Shown here: piece after piece, positions 14,441-29,059 of the stretch
Layout of the letters: the number at the start of each line of letters is the position of its first letter
Numbering within the stretch: the stretch's first letter is position 1
NCBI RefSeq assembly: GCF_009914755.1
Contig: NC_060932.1
DNA length: 64,000 bases
Reading direction: 5' to 3' (one strand)
DNA from: the human T2T-CHM13v2.0 reference genome, Homo sapiens
Translations under genes and position numbers: made by a program
The notes under the pieces: generated by a model
Seen by the model: only the letters and a program-made list of their open reading frames with translations
Told to the model about the DNA's origin: nothing
Databases searched by the model: none

Positions 14441-16743
14441 AGAACACGCCTTTCTTAAGAGTCCTTTTATAAATATCTAAAGATACTTATTATTGTCCAC
14501 ATGTCTCCTATTAGAGATTTAAAAAAAAAAAATTCAGGGAGACTCAGAATCTCTTTGGATCCTATTTAGTTATTTCAAGTACATGCTTAGCCTTAAAAGA
14601 TCTCTTAGAAACTTGTGATCCTGCCACTGAAGTCTACGAAAATTCCCAGTGATACATATTACAGTAAGCGGCTAGCTAGCCTACCATAGTTTCTAAAGCC
14701 AGTCATCTGTACTTCAAGTGCTTAAGGACAGGATATTTCCTTCACTCTGGAAAAGCTTCTGGCGGACTCACATTGACCTGGAATCACAGAATGCTTTCAG
14801 GCTTCTTTGTTTTACCCATCAGCATAATGTGTAGCGTCCTCTGCGTTTTGTAACCTTCCATCCTTGCAGCATTTTTTTTTTTTTTAACTATAGACAGGTA
14901 TACCAGCTTGTCAGAATGGGAACAAGCCTAGTCACAAAGAGAAAACCTTGATTGCATCATGATGGTTAAAAAAATGTTGTACCACCAACCATCCAACTTC
15001 TAAAATTCAGGATTTTTAAACTGGACAGGGCTGCATTTTTCTATTGACTTTTCAGACTTATTACCTGAGGAATTGCCCGTCTGTACAGTTTAGTGCATTC
15101 AAAGCACACAACCATCTCTCATTCCCCTGAACACTTTTTTTTTCAGGGGGCCAGGGGCACATTCACCACATTTTTTCCATAGAGAGAAGTTTTCTATGAA
15201 TAAATATATTGTGTTGTTTATGATATTCAAGATGTAGGTCTCTTTGCTTTCTGGTAAGCAGTATTCAAAGTTTCTAGTCCAAATTGAACTTCAGAGTATT
15301 GTTAAAACAAGTCCTGATAGTCATGCAAATTCCTCTGTATTAATCTTTATAGGTTATAAGGGCCTCATTTCACTGGATCTGATGCAAGTGACTTGGTCCA
15401 AAGTGAACTATTAAGTTTAATGCTTGGAGATAAAAAATCAGATGAAGGAACCATTACCTTGCAGCATGACTTAAACAATAATTCCGACACTAGGGATACC
15501 AAAGAAAGCCCCAGGAAGAAGAGGCTTAGGGGGCTAAGTGTTTACTGACCTCAGAGGGTACAAGAGGACCAGCCAAAGCCAGAGGATGTTGACTTTCAAG
15601 AAAACCCAGCAAGCTTTACTGCCGGGATGGGCTGGATTACATGGAAGTTGTGAACATGTATAAATATTTGCCTTTTGTAATTGAGCATAATTTGAAAGAG
15701 TCTTGGAAGGCTGAGAAACAATTTAATTTTCTCTGCATCAGGAGGCTTGCCACTGAGTTTTCATTTCCACTTCATTTTTCTTACCCCAAATGGCTTTCCG
15801 CTCTATTCCTCCTTTCTCTTCATCACCCCTACCACCAATTTCCTTGCCCTTCTCATCATTGAAATCCCTCAGCTTGTGTGAATGCATATTGTGCTTGGCT
15901 TAATGACCATGCTGTGTTTGCTCTGGGCATTAGATGTAAGCACTTAGGGGAGGGTTTGTGTTCAGCCTACTTGAACCTCATGTAGAACATCATGTGCACT
16001 GACAAACTTGGCATGGAGAATGGATAATGGCTTTTCATTAGGGCTTAGTGGTTAGGAACTAACAGGGCCTATTTCTCGTTATCCCAGAGAGCTATTGTGG
16101 AAAGAGAAAATCACACTATTCCTGACATTGTTTATAGGACTTTCCTTCAATTGGTGAATCTCCCTTTCTCTAACTTCAAATCAGGAATCTGGGAGCTGAC
16201 TTATTACAATTAGTACCAAACCCCTCCTCTACTAGGAAACTTCCATTTTCTTCTGGGAAGGTAGAACTTCCCAGAAAGGTACAAGCTAGGGAGGTACCCA
16301 GTGCATACAATGTTTTCCCTATCAGACACCAGCAAACTGCATGAGAAATGTTTTTAGAATGGTGTGAGTTCAAGGTTGGGCCCTGAGATATGCGATGAGA
16401 GCCTGTATATTGAAGGATCAACTAGATCTTAAATCTTGTTGGTTTAGGTTCTGGAGGATTACAATTTATGGATGTAATTGCTTATGAAGCCAGGTATATT
16501 GGGTGAGAAGTAGGAAAGGCTATGTCAGCTCTTCTGAGATCTCATTATGGTAGCAGCCACTGACCTTGGTTCAAAGAAAACCTGAGGCCCACGATGCTAG
16601 TCTCCCCAAGTAAACAATTCATTATTTCCCATTTTCTTGTCAGTCCCTAAGACTCTACCACATTAGGAATATGTGATTTTCGCCTCTGTAGAATTAGCAA
16701 CCCTTCTCTGGGAGGTAAATAATTCTATTCTTTCAATAGGTTA

Positions 16744-16828
16744 CTGGGACTGAGATCACCTAAATCAGTTTCTTTTATTCCTTGCTGGGACTTGAGAGCT
16801 CCTAAATCACTTTCCTTTATTCCTTGCT
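16744..16828. repeat. Two-copy 41/42-bp tandem duplication
   Basis: ctgggactgagatcacctaaatcagtttcttttattccttg followed by ctgggacttgagagctcctaaatcactttcctttattccttg. Confidence 0.9.
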
Positions 16829-19800
16829 AGCTGTGGGGTAGGGGAGCTGTAATAAACATAATACAATAAATTATTTATTTTTAAAAGCCAACAAAACACA
16901 AAGTCAAGTTGTCACCTCCCTAGGGTAAAAGCAGCTGTCTTTCCAGCATGCTATGTATCTTGGAGAACCCAGTGTCTGTCTCCTGCTAAGATATGATTTA
17001 CATTCTCTCCATCTGCTAAGAACCTAATTATAATAGGAGTCAAAATGAAAACATTTCCGGAATTCTTTAAACACCCATAACTTTGCTACAATTTCTCCTC
17101 CCATATTACTTTCCACATAATTCCTCTCAGCTCAGAGAGCTCGTTGGTGTTTTTTGTTTTTGTTTTTTGAATAAATGAAAGTGAAGATGATTGCCCTGAA
17201 AACACACTAATCACGGTGCTTCTAATTCTATTATTTTTAAGTGTTTTGTTGAATGCTATTGGCAGCTGCTACTCAAGTCAACAATAAAAAATATTCCCTT
17301 GATACTGTCTTAAAATCAGATTTTTTAAAATGTTTGGATTGTGTTCAATGGAATGGAAAAGAGAAAAGAGGGTTTTTGTTTTATTGTTTTTTGGTGCTAA
17401 TTCTCATGTCTTTCTGCAAGGAAGAATTATCTCTGCAGTAGGCATTACTCTTTTATATTTCTTCCAGTGTTTTTAGGAGAAAATACAGAGAATTTAGCAA
17501 ATGATACCAGAGAAGATACTCATTTTAAATGAATGGTCAGTGCCTTTTTTTTTTTTTTTTTTGGAAGGCAAGCATTACCAAAGATTCAAATCAAATTGCA
17601 GAAAATGTACATTTGCTTAAGAGCTGGATCTTGAGTACGGTTCTTTGTCTAGCCCTGAAGTCCAAGTGCTTGCATTACACTATAATAACTCAAATTTCAA
17701 TTTTAGGAAACAAAAGCCTCCTACTTAGCTTAGCTGGGCAAAACCACCTTAGGCAAAAGTACCTGTGAACTCCAGAGTGCTATGTTATGGTTACTTTCAT
17801 TGAAGTGCATAGTGCAAAGCAACCCTACAAAAATTCACTGGTTTGGAGAAGAGAGTTTATTTGAGGGCTAATAGAAATAAGAATGGAGAGAACAAGTACA
17901 GGGCAAGAGATGGTGGAAGCCCTTGAAGGCCAGGCAGGAGACAGAGTTTCACACAGCAGGTTGATCAAACGACCACTGTGGTCTCCCAAGCAAAGGACTC
18001 ATGTAATAAATGCAGAGTTCCTAGGTGGCCTGGTCACATCATTGCCTGCCCCCAATCATTAGAGGTAAAAAAGAGACCATAATGCTATTTCCTGAATAAT
18101 CCCAATCAGCTGCTTTCTGCTTTCTGTTTTCCTGAGCTATTTGCCTCTCCCATTAAGCCCCAACCCCCTCATTTGCTCTATGTAGTAGAGCTTGAAGGCA
18201 GGAAGACTGGGAGTAGGTGACCAGAGTTAGCCATAATGGAAGCATAATGGAAACCAGAATATTAGAGGAGAAGAACAATGGCAGAGAGAGATGATGGCAA
18301 TCAGTTTCCAAAAGTTAAATTTGCCAGAGAAGTAAAGACCAAACAAGATTATTTGTAGTGCTTAGGGGTATAATGCCAGGAATTGAGGACAATCAGATAA
18401 ATAACAGAGATGATGTTTTTGGAGTCCTTCAGAGAGAGATGGCAGTTGGGGCACGTGTGAGCAGATGGGATCTTGAACAGTACAGTAGGCAGAAAGAGAA
18501 GTGTAGGAGGCTGAGATGTGGAGGAAGGGCTGCCCATGGTTTACAAAGTGGAACAAAGCTCAGGAGAATTAGGAAAAGAATCACATTAGATAACAAGGAG
18601 AAATGGCAGAACTTCTAAGTGCATATGATGATACAAGTGAAAAGTCATTTGGAGTATTTTAGAGAAAATGACTTACTGTAGGCATTGCAGGAGGCCCCAC
18701 AAATCAGAAATGCCCTCTGCTGCAGGATCTACCACAGGAAGAAAAGAGATCATAAGTAAAATATTTTTGTATTAGAAGAAAGTGGGAAAGCAATATCATT
18801 AAACGGACATGTGTTGTCAGCTGATGGTACAAGCAAGTTGTCCTCCAGTGAAAAGCACACTTAGTGATCATTAGCTTGGTGCCTCTTCCAGCATTTTCCC
18901 CAGACAATAGCCTCCCTCTGGAACTCAGTAGTAGCCCCTTTCAGGGTTGCCCAACTCACATCTGTTTCTAAAATAATGTCTTCAAGGATTGTTTTAGTCA
19001 AGAAAATAGAAGGCACTCAAGACATTTCAACCAAGGGGAAATTTAATCAAGGGATTTATGTGATTACAAAACCTCTGTAGAGAGCCAAGGTCAGAGAAAG
19101 CTACTAGTGGTATTAGAAAACCAGTCAGGTCAGGAATTTCAGGGAAGTGCACTAGCACTGAAGCAGTGGATTCTCCGGTGAATGTCCAGAAGCCCCTGCA
19201 CACCTTTCTTGGGCTGTCAGTTGAAGCCTTTGGGTCTGCCTGCTGATCTTAGGGGGGCAGTGATGGCTTCTGCGTTTCCTCTCCCTTCCAAATCTAACAT
19301 GAGTGCCTCTTGTGGTCAGAATGGGAATGTGAACTCCTGCCAGCAGGGGAGTCTATAAAATGTAGTTTTTAGGCTTCCAGCCCCTTCCGCATGGGGAAGA
19401 ACAGAGAATGGCAAAGATAGAGTTCCATACTAACAGCCCACTTCTTGCACAGGAATGAAGTCCGTGAAATGCCAGATGGTTTCCTGCCTATAGACCTTCT
19501 CTACATCCTTCTTGAAATGCCACTTTTCTTTTGGTTCAGGATTAATAACAAACAAAACGACCCACAGCTTATTGCTAAGATGCATGGTAGAATATTTGAT
19601 TTTATTATTTCATACTCCCTTAAAGCTGGCTTTCCTCTCTTCAAGTTCACAACAATCTAAAGTCCATCCATCCCTCCTTCCTGAGTCCACCAGAAAGTAT
19701 CCAAAATAAAAATCTGTGAGGCTTTCTATAGAGAAAATTAGGAAGCAAGGTATCCAAACAAGTGTGCACATAAGGGCTCGGGAATAACTAGGTAACTCAT

Positions 19801-20885
19801 AGCTTCTCAAAGGGAACCGGTCATTTCAATCGTGCTCTTTTAGTCTCATGACCCATGCTGGCTTCATCACCAGTCATAGTTCAGGGTTCCAAACTTCCAG
19901 ACTTGATATATGTCTTGCCACCTTTCAGTTCTAGTATTGCAGAAAATTTTATTTTTAGCAATAGGTAAAGGAGCAAACTAATAAGGTGAGAAATAGAGAA
20001 AAAAGTGAGCGTGAGGATTACCAGAGGCATATGTGGTCATTGCCAAGGGCCAAGCCACATTTGAGTAGAAAGGAGAGAGGCTTTTTAGTACACAAAAAAA
20101 TTTCGGTGACTAACTTCTACTTCATATTAGTCACAGTCTGGTAGCAAGCACTGGCTAATACTAGGAAAAATGAGTAATCTATAGATTTTATCATTTCCCT
20201 CCTCATTTACTAAAAGGTATTTTTGCCTCTCAGTTGTCCATATGTCCCCTGAGAGTAGGGGACTGAATCTGTTCTTGTTTCTTATTGTTTACCTAGTACA
20301 GTGTGTGGTAATTAGCAGGCACTTTATACATTATAGTTGAATGGACAAATTGAGCAAATGAAGAACTGACAAACTAGATCACTCTGGGGTGGCCCTGTAT
20401 GTGTCTGTCTGTCTCTCTTCCCTCCTTCCTCCCTCTTTCTCTCCCTGGCTGTGTGTATATGTGTGTGATTTTGCACTGGGTATTAATTTTTATGTTGGAT
20501 ACATTAGCAATATTGTATTCTCACAATTCTGCATGAGTTTGTGGTGTGGAGTTAAGTTCTGGCCAATCAGTTCCTTAGCATAATTTTTACATAAGTGAAA
20601 AGATAACATCCTACCCCAGACCGAAGTAGAAGCATGGCCCACAGGAGTCTTCCAAAGGAAAATATTTTCTAACTGGGGAATGAAAATGATAATTTTTGAT
20701 GGTATTCTTTCTAATTGTGTGTCACCAAGTGAAATCTGAGCTCTTGCAGTGCGGTTTTGGAATTCAAATGTTATCAGTTGGAATTGACATTAATTACATT
20801 TGTGCTGCTTGGCATTTGCTGGAACATTATTTTTACAACAATTCCACTAAAGCTGCCTAGGCAATTATCTCTGCTGTGATTGTCC

Positions 20886-20929
20886 TCATCGTTGTTGTTG
20901 TCGTCATCATCATCATCATCATCACTATT
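20886..20929. repeat. Mixed (TTG/TCA)n trinucleotide repeat
   Basis: tcatcgttgttgttgtcgtcatcatcatcatcatcatcactatt. Confidence 0.85.
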
Positions 20930-20999
20930 AAGTCTCTCCTGTTCTAGTTCATCTCAGCCAGGCTCTGCACACCATCCCTTCTCTCCGTCTCCCCTGCAG

Positions 21000-21164
21000 G
21001 AAGTCCCGTTCTCCCGCGTGTGGTGCAGTAACCGGCAGCCCCTGCACTGTGCCTTCTCCCTGGAGCGTTATACGCCCACTACCACCCAGCTGTCCTGCAA
21101 AATCTGCATTCGGCAGCTCAAAGGCCATGAACAGATCCTCCAAGTGCAGACATCAATCCTAGAG
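21000..21164 (+). CDS. UNC5D: UNC5D coding exon (UPA domain), 165 nt, phase 0/0
   Basis: ctccgtctcccctgcag|GAA; [55 protein letters not shown]; donor GAG|gtgagt. Confidence 0.97.
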
Positions 21165-21706
21165 GTGAGTCCTTGATCTACAGGTCATTTGACCCCCTTT
21201 CTGAAGGACGATAAGAATAATAAAGCTATACCTACCAGCCGTGCTATTCAGGTTCTGAAAGAGCTTCAAAATGCACAAACTCTTCATCTTCATTACTGAT
21301 GAGGGAAAATAAGCTTTGTCGCATGCCGAGGATTGAACTAAACTTCCCCCTGGGCAAGGAAACTCAACCCATCAGAGAGCTTAGACTGTGAAGGCACCTC
21401 TGGGGAAGGAACTGGTACCAGGCTTTTGATACACAAAATCACAAGAAGTCTTATTCCACAGCAGGCTTGGATTACCAGCTGAGATTCATTATAGACTGAA
21501 GCCAGATGGTACAGTTGAGACACATGCCACAAAGAGGCACAAAGCCACCCTCAGACTGTTTTTCTGCTGGTTCTGACTAGTTTCCAGAAGTCAGTTGCCC
21601 TATATGTGCTATTTTATCTCCAGGGATGGGACTCCCTGTCTTACTGTTTCTCATACTCCCCAGGCTCAGAATTCTGTACATCCACATTTTCATTACTCCC
21701 TTCCAA

Positions 21707-21752
21707 TACAATAATATAAGGAGGACAGGACAGTACAATAATATAAGAAGGA
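21707..21752. repeat. Short direct duplication, period 27
   Basis: tacaataatataag(g/a)agga occurs at 21707 and 21734. Confidence 0.85.
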
Positions 21753-23778
21753 TCTCATTCTATAAGGTAAGGAAATAGAAGTGCAAAGAGAGAAAGGACT
21801 TTGTCCAGGTCAAATCAGTATTGGAAGGTAGAGTTACAAGTAGCAGTCAAGGGAGGATTCACTGGAGAACTTTTGCAAAAAGACATCTGATTTCCATCAT
21901 GGCTCCAATTTGTCCTAAACCACCAAGTGACTTTATGGCTTTGAACATAAGCTTATAAAGTAGACAATAGCCATCCTTCCTGAATGGGATAGAGGGAGAG
22001 ATTAAGAGGGATTGTGATGCTTTTGTTTGTCAGTTTCCAGGTCATTACAGGCTAGTGTAGGGAAACATACATTTTTTGTTTTTCACTTATAAAATAAATA
22101 TATATATACATATATGCATTTATTAATATATAAATATATATTTATAAATTTAGGCTTGGCAGAAGATTGAACACATTTATATACCTACAATTCAATTTCA
22201 AGGTTTTTTCCTGGATAATTTATAGCTGTATAGCATTATTCCTTCTCTCTATTCTCATTTGAATTCATTGTTTATGCAAAATGAGCATTGCTAATTCCCC
22301 AAATAGTTTTTCTGAAGAGCGGATGGCTTTCCAAAGGATTGTGCCTTAAAATTCATAGCTGTCTTAACTGACATGTTTATGCAGTATTTGCGTTCATTAT
22401 TGCCAATTAGCATTATGTGCTCAAGTAGTTTTGACGGAGAAGGTAGATCTGGAAACCTGGGGTAGGATATTTTTAGGGGCTCTTTCTTGAACAGTGTTGG
22501 TATATTTCACACGATACATTCCAAAGTAAAATAAAAATTGTAGGAAGGCTTTAAAAATAAAAACAAAAAATCCAAGAAGAGCTGGTATTCAGAAGGAAGC
22601 ATGAAAAGGCATAACATAAAAGATCCCTCTCATCCAAATTGCCCTAGATGTCCGTTAACAGGCCAATGAGTTCGGGTTTAAAGGTTATTGTTTGTAAAGG
22701 CATCCAGATATTAGTGATCAACTTGTGCTATTACAGGACATTTATGTAAGAGGAATGTGATAGGTATTTTTGCTCCTTGCTTAATAAATTCTTAAAGCAC
22801 TTGAAAGGAAAATTAGCTAATAAACACAACCTTATTGTTTACTCCCCAGTTTCTTTTCTAATGCTTCACAAGTTTACAGTCACTTAGAAATGCCTTGCAG
22901 AAGATAACATCATAATATCTCTTGATAATGAGAGGCAAGTATGAGAATAATATTTCAATATTTATTGTTAGGCTATAGTCATCCAATTTGAGGGCTGCTG
23001 CATTTTAGAGGCTTTATTAACCCTTTGATCCTTTCAAGGATCACTTTATTAATTGCTTCAAGCATAGCTACAGAATTTGGCCCAGGTTGTCATCTTCATT
23101 TTGTATAAACTGTATTTTTTAGACAAGTCTAATTTGCTCTCATTTTCTGTGTCAGAAGATGACTAATAACTTTTGTAAGCCACTATATTTCAGATATCAT
23201 TTCATTTGCTTTCGTATTTGTCATAAAGCCATCAAAACTCTGTGGGTTAAGTATTAGTGCTATCACAATTTTACATGCTATAAAAGTCTCAAAGGCATGA
23301 ACTTTCTTGTCCAAGATCAAAGATCATGGAACTCATAAGGGAGTAGAGCCACAGTACCCAACTCAGAGACCTGACTTGAAGATCAAAGTCTGACTACTCC
23401 ACTACACTACTTCTGGACCCCAGTCAAGGCCATCTAATGGATTAGCCTTAACTGTGGGCCTTCTTCACAGTATGGCTTCTCTTCAGGGACTCAGGTACTA
23501 GTGACAAACATCACAGCACCAGAAATTTTGTCTTCCAGTACCTGAAAGTATATGAAAACTGGGAAGTTCTTTCTTCAAAAGAACAAAGGATGGGATGTAA
23601 CCATTTGTGTGATGGACTAGAATTGTTCATTCTATAATAGAGATCCTACATGTAGCTCTGCCTACAAATGGATGTCTTGGTTGAATGATTGCTCAAACCC
23701 ATTTAATCCTGGGATTGTCTGACTCACAGGAAAGACACACATCTGGTGATACATATAATGCATAAAAACTGTCCTCTT

Positions 23779-24093
<315 letters not shown>

Positions 24094-26765
24094 TTAATTT
24101 TTTGGTAAATGGTTCCAGCAAAAGTGAAGACGCAAAAAGTGCTGAGAAATTGGGATGACCTGGGGAGGTGCAGGATACATTCTAGACCCAGGTCTCTATT
24201 GGTGAGTTAGGAATAATAGATCAATTTTTAAAGCACATCATACTTCATGTCCCCTAGGCAGGAAAAGACATTTAGGTGGTTTAATACATTAGTAAGATAT
24301 ATTTATATAATTAACATTTTATATAGGATCAAGATTTAAGATGTATAAAATACTTTAAATATTGATTTTTAAATATTAATAAGATATCTATCTCAAATAC
24401 TGCTTTAAATCTTTAAGTCAATGCAATAATCATCCTCATTGAAGGCATTTGATCCTTCATGTTCAGCCTCATCCCTGACATATCCCTTCATGCCTCTGAT
24501 CTAAGTGATTTTTCAAACAAACCCAGTCCTTCATATCACCTTCACACTTAAAAGTTATTTTTCTGACCAAGATAATATATCTGTTTTACTCTTTAGTGTG
24601 GTCATTATTGTATCAGTCTTTGGAAGAAAGTTGTTCCCCTTAAATTTAACCCTATTGAATTACCTAATGATTACTGCCAACCAATATTCTATAAAGCAAC
24701 AGTATCAACAGTCTAAAATTGCAGACTGGAATAAAACAATTTTGCAAATATTGAAGAGAAAGGAAGAATTCCCAAGTAATTTATTTCATCATTCCTTATT
24801 AATGTAACATTATTAAAGAATCTTTTCTTCAATATAAACAACTTGAAGGAATCTTGCATGTTACAATTTTCCCTTCAAGCAGTTCTCTTATCTTTCTTCC
24901 AAAAGTGTTGGAAGTTGGGGGATAATTTGTCTGTTACAACAGACAGAATAGTTGGAATTTCTCATTGATTTACAACTCCCTTAGCTTACCAGGTAGCAGC
25001 TGCTTATCTCAGATGTGCAGAGCATGAAGATCTACTGTTCCTCTGCATATTTAATTTAAACAATCAGAAAATGTGATGTATCTACAGGATTCTTATTACT
25101 TGGCCCAGATGTCTTTTAGAGTGCATCATAAATGTTACATAAAGTGTCATCCTTATGCCTGGAAAATATTTAAATTTGAAAACTTTAAGAGGGAAATAGG
25201 GACCCACTTATTAATGTGTAGTAAATTGAAAAATTACTTATTTTTAGACTCAATCTCATATAATACTTTATTCACCTTCAAATAAGATCAACTTGTTCAG
25301 TTTTCTCTGAAGATATCATGCATCAAGGTGGTTTTTCTTCTGCCCACAGTGAAGAGAGAGCTCGGTCAACAATTTACAGGTGCCATGAGGGCTTTCAGAG
25401 GCCAATTCTTTCCCTTGGGATCCTTTAGCATGGACACTTCCAATGTTTTCAGTTTCATTGATAAGCCACGTCTTTGGCATTGACAATGGCAGCTACCATG
25501 TTAACTTGTATAGAATCAAAAAAAAATTCTGCTTCTAGTTTCTATCATAGTCTTAAGTCAGAAAATATGCAAGGATACTATTCCTACTTGATTTGCATTT
25601 TTAGAGACTAGAAGAAATTTTACAAACCATGATAAAAATGATGTATCTTGTAACCTAGTTTAAGCAGGAAGAAGCTGAGTAGGTTCATTTTATAACCATT
25701 CAATATATCAGAACAGAATTGTCCACTGTGCCTGGAATAACCACCTATCCACCTAATTTCTACTCGGTCAATGCCTACCTATCTTTCAGGCCAACTCAAA
25801 TGCCTCCTCCATGAAGTCTTTCCTACTGTACTCAGAGAACGTTTTCCTTAACCACCCAGCACTGTAGATTTCTTGGCACTTGTCTTGAAACAGGGTGCTA
25901 TAGTGAAATAAGTACTGGTATAGTTGTTAGGATGTCAGAATTCTAGTTTCACCTCTGTCACAAACTACCTGGGTGAATTTTTCCGGGTTTCATAACTTCT
26001 GTGGAGTCTATACAAATGCAAAATAACTGATTAGGAAGTTGGGGCTGAGATAGATAAGGTAGCATCCAAGGTCACTGAACTAGAAAGTGTTGAGATTTAC
26101 TCCAAAGTGAGGTCTTTCTGCTTCTAAAAACCATGCTCTTTTCTGTTATATAAATACTGGAATAGTTTTGATGAATATTGTTTTATAATATTCCAGGAAC
26201 ATAACTAAAACCAGTAAGTACAATCTGTTTAATATAATAACATGTACTTTGAGGTTCTAAGAAGAGCGTATGATATGCAGCATTTCTCACATGTGCGTGA
26301 CCATGAAACTGCCATTTCTTGGAATCTCTTCTGAGATATCCTTTTGGAACTGGTGGATTAATGCATTGTGTTTCCAAAAACAGAGCCCTCAAAATGCAAC
26401 TGTGTTAAATAGTTACAGAGAGACAAAAATCATTATCAATCATTAATGAAATTTCTGTATCAATCAGTTTTCTCAATTAACAGATTTAAGAACTCTATTT
26501 TCAACCTACCAAGCCTGATAGTTTATACTTATGTGAGCCCGGCTGCTAGCTGAAAAAGGCCGTCATGGTTGTGGTGCCCACATTAGGAAGACATTTAACA
26601 ATTGGAAGAGGCATCAGGGCAGGATTTCAGGGAGGGAAGGAAGGGCATGTGTGTACTTGGAGGGCATAACAGGCAAGTTTCTAAGACAAAGGACAGCTTC
26701 TTGGAGTTTAAACGTTCTAACTAGTCCCTTAACTCAATCCCAGATCTGATGCTTTACTTACCCCT

Positions 26766-27290
26766 TGGATTAGTTTTCTTTTGCTACATAACAAACTACC
26801 ACTAATTTAGAAGCATAAAATGACATTGATTTATTATGTCATAAGACTGAAACCAAAGTGTTGGCCAGGGCATGTTCTCATCTGGAGCTCAGAGTCCTTT
26901 TTTTTTTTTTATACAGGTTGTTGGCACCATTTGGTTCCTTATTGCTTTAGGACTAAGGTCCCCATTTTCTTGCTGGCTGTTGGCCAGAGGTCACTCAGCT
27001 CCCAGAAGCCACCCTCAGGTCCCAGATACATGACCCCCTCTATAGGAAGCTCATAGACTGGCTGTTTGCTTTCCTCTAGACAAGGAGAAAAGGTACCTCC
27101 AGAAAAGACCTATCTCTTCTCATTTGAGGACCACCTGATTAGGTCAGGCCCACCCAGAAAAAATCTCTTAATTGAGTCAGTCAATTGATTAGGGACATTA
27201 ATTACATCAGCAGAGTCCCTTTTGTCTTATAATCATGGAAGTGATTCAATTGGATATTTTTCAGTCCTTAAAATTCTGTTAGTCCACCTA
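26766..27290. mobile_element. MaLR LTR (MLT1-like)
   Basis: ttagttttc...gctacataacaaactaccac...gattaggtcaggcccacccag...ttaattacatc motifs typical of MLT1; boundaries approximate. Confidence 0.7.
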
Positions 27291-27810
27291 AACTTCTTAG
27301 CAACCACTGCAGCCTGGCACATTTCTGTGTGATTTCATGTTGGATATAAGGATTAATATTGAAATGACAAATTCTTATTGGACAGCTTTAAACCAGAAGC
27401 AGGTAGGCAGGCAGGAGCCTTCCTGATTATACCACTATACAGGCTGGTCTATATGTTACTCTGACTCAAGGCTGGCTCTGTTATACCAAAGCAATTTAAT
27501 TCTGAAACAATTTTATTTAATTTTGAAATAAAGATACTTATTATAAAATCACACAACTTTAGGACTTGGGAAGAAAATAAAATTAAAGGTAATCAACATA
27601 CAATTATACCCTTGTAGATTTCCTACAAGGCATTTCCTAGGCAGCTCCTTTGATCAGCCCATTCACCATTAGTTATGACTATCAGAGGGTCATTCCTCAC
27701 TCTGAACTGAAATCTGTCATTTGGTAGCTTCTTCCTGCTGATTCTAGAGCTATGCCTGAGAGCAAAAACAAACAGAAAAAGAGTCTAATTCTGCTCTCAC
27801 CTGACAGTTT

Positions 27811-28118
<308 letters not shown>

Positions 28119-28393
28119 TCTGACAGCTCTTTTAATGCTGGAAGCTAGTCATTGTGACGCCCCTGAGTGGAAGAGGCTGTTGTAAATTTCCAGTACACAA
28201 TTTATTAGGCTACTAGAGAAGTTCTTTACTATCTTAGAAGAAAGGGGAACTTATCAATGTATTTTATAGAGTCCATCACAACAGGCAAGCATTTTGTGCA
28301 TGTGTGTTAACCCAGATTTTCTTAAAAAATGAAAGTGTTGGTCAGGACTGCTTTCAGATAGATCTGATCATGCGTTCCTTATTTTGTTTATAG

Positions 28394-28572
28394 AGTGAAC
28401 GAGAAACCATCACTTTCTTCGCACAAGAGGACAGCACTTTCCCTGCACAGACTGGCCCCAAAGCCTTCAAAATTCCCTACTCCATCAGACAGCGGATTTG
28501 TGCTACATTTGATACCCCCAATGCCAAAGGCAAGGACTGGCAGATGTTAGCACAGAAAAACAGCATCAACAG
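28394..28572 (+). CDS. UNC5D: UNC5D penultimate coding exon (linker and N-half of death domain), 179 nt, phase 0/2; absent from the ORF track
   Basis: ttccttattttgtttatag|AGT; manual translation [59 protein letters not shown](R); donor AG|gtaatt; G-DW-MLAQK is the UNC5 death-domain motif. Confidence 0.97.
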
Positions 28573-28711
28573 GTAATTGGGGACAGCTTCTGGAAGACGA
28601 TGTTACTAAGAGAACTTGGAAACATAAAGTGGGCTAAGTGAAACCATGTAGTTTCTGAGCCCTAATATTTTTATGAGTTCCTCTGGCCATATTTCCTGTG
28701 TGTTCCCACTA

Positions 28712-29059
<348 letters not shown>

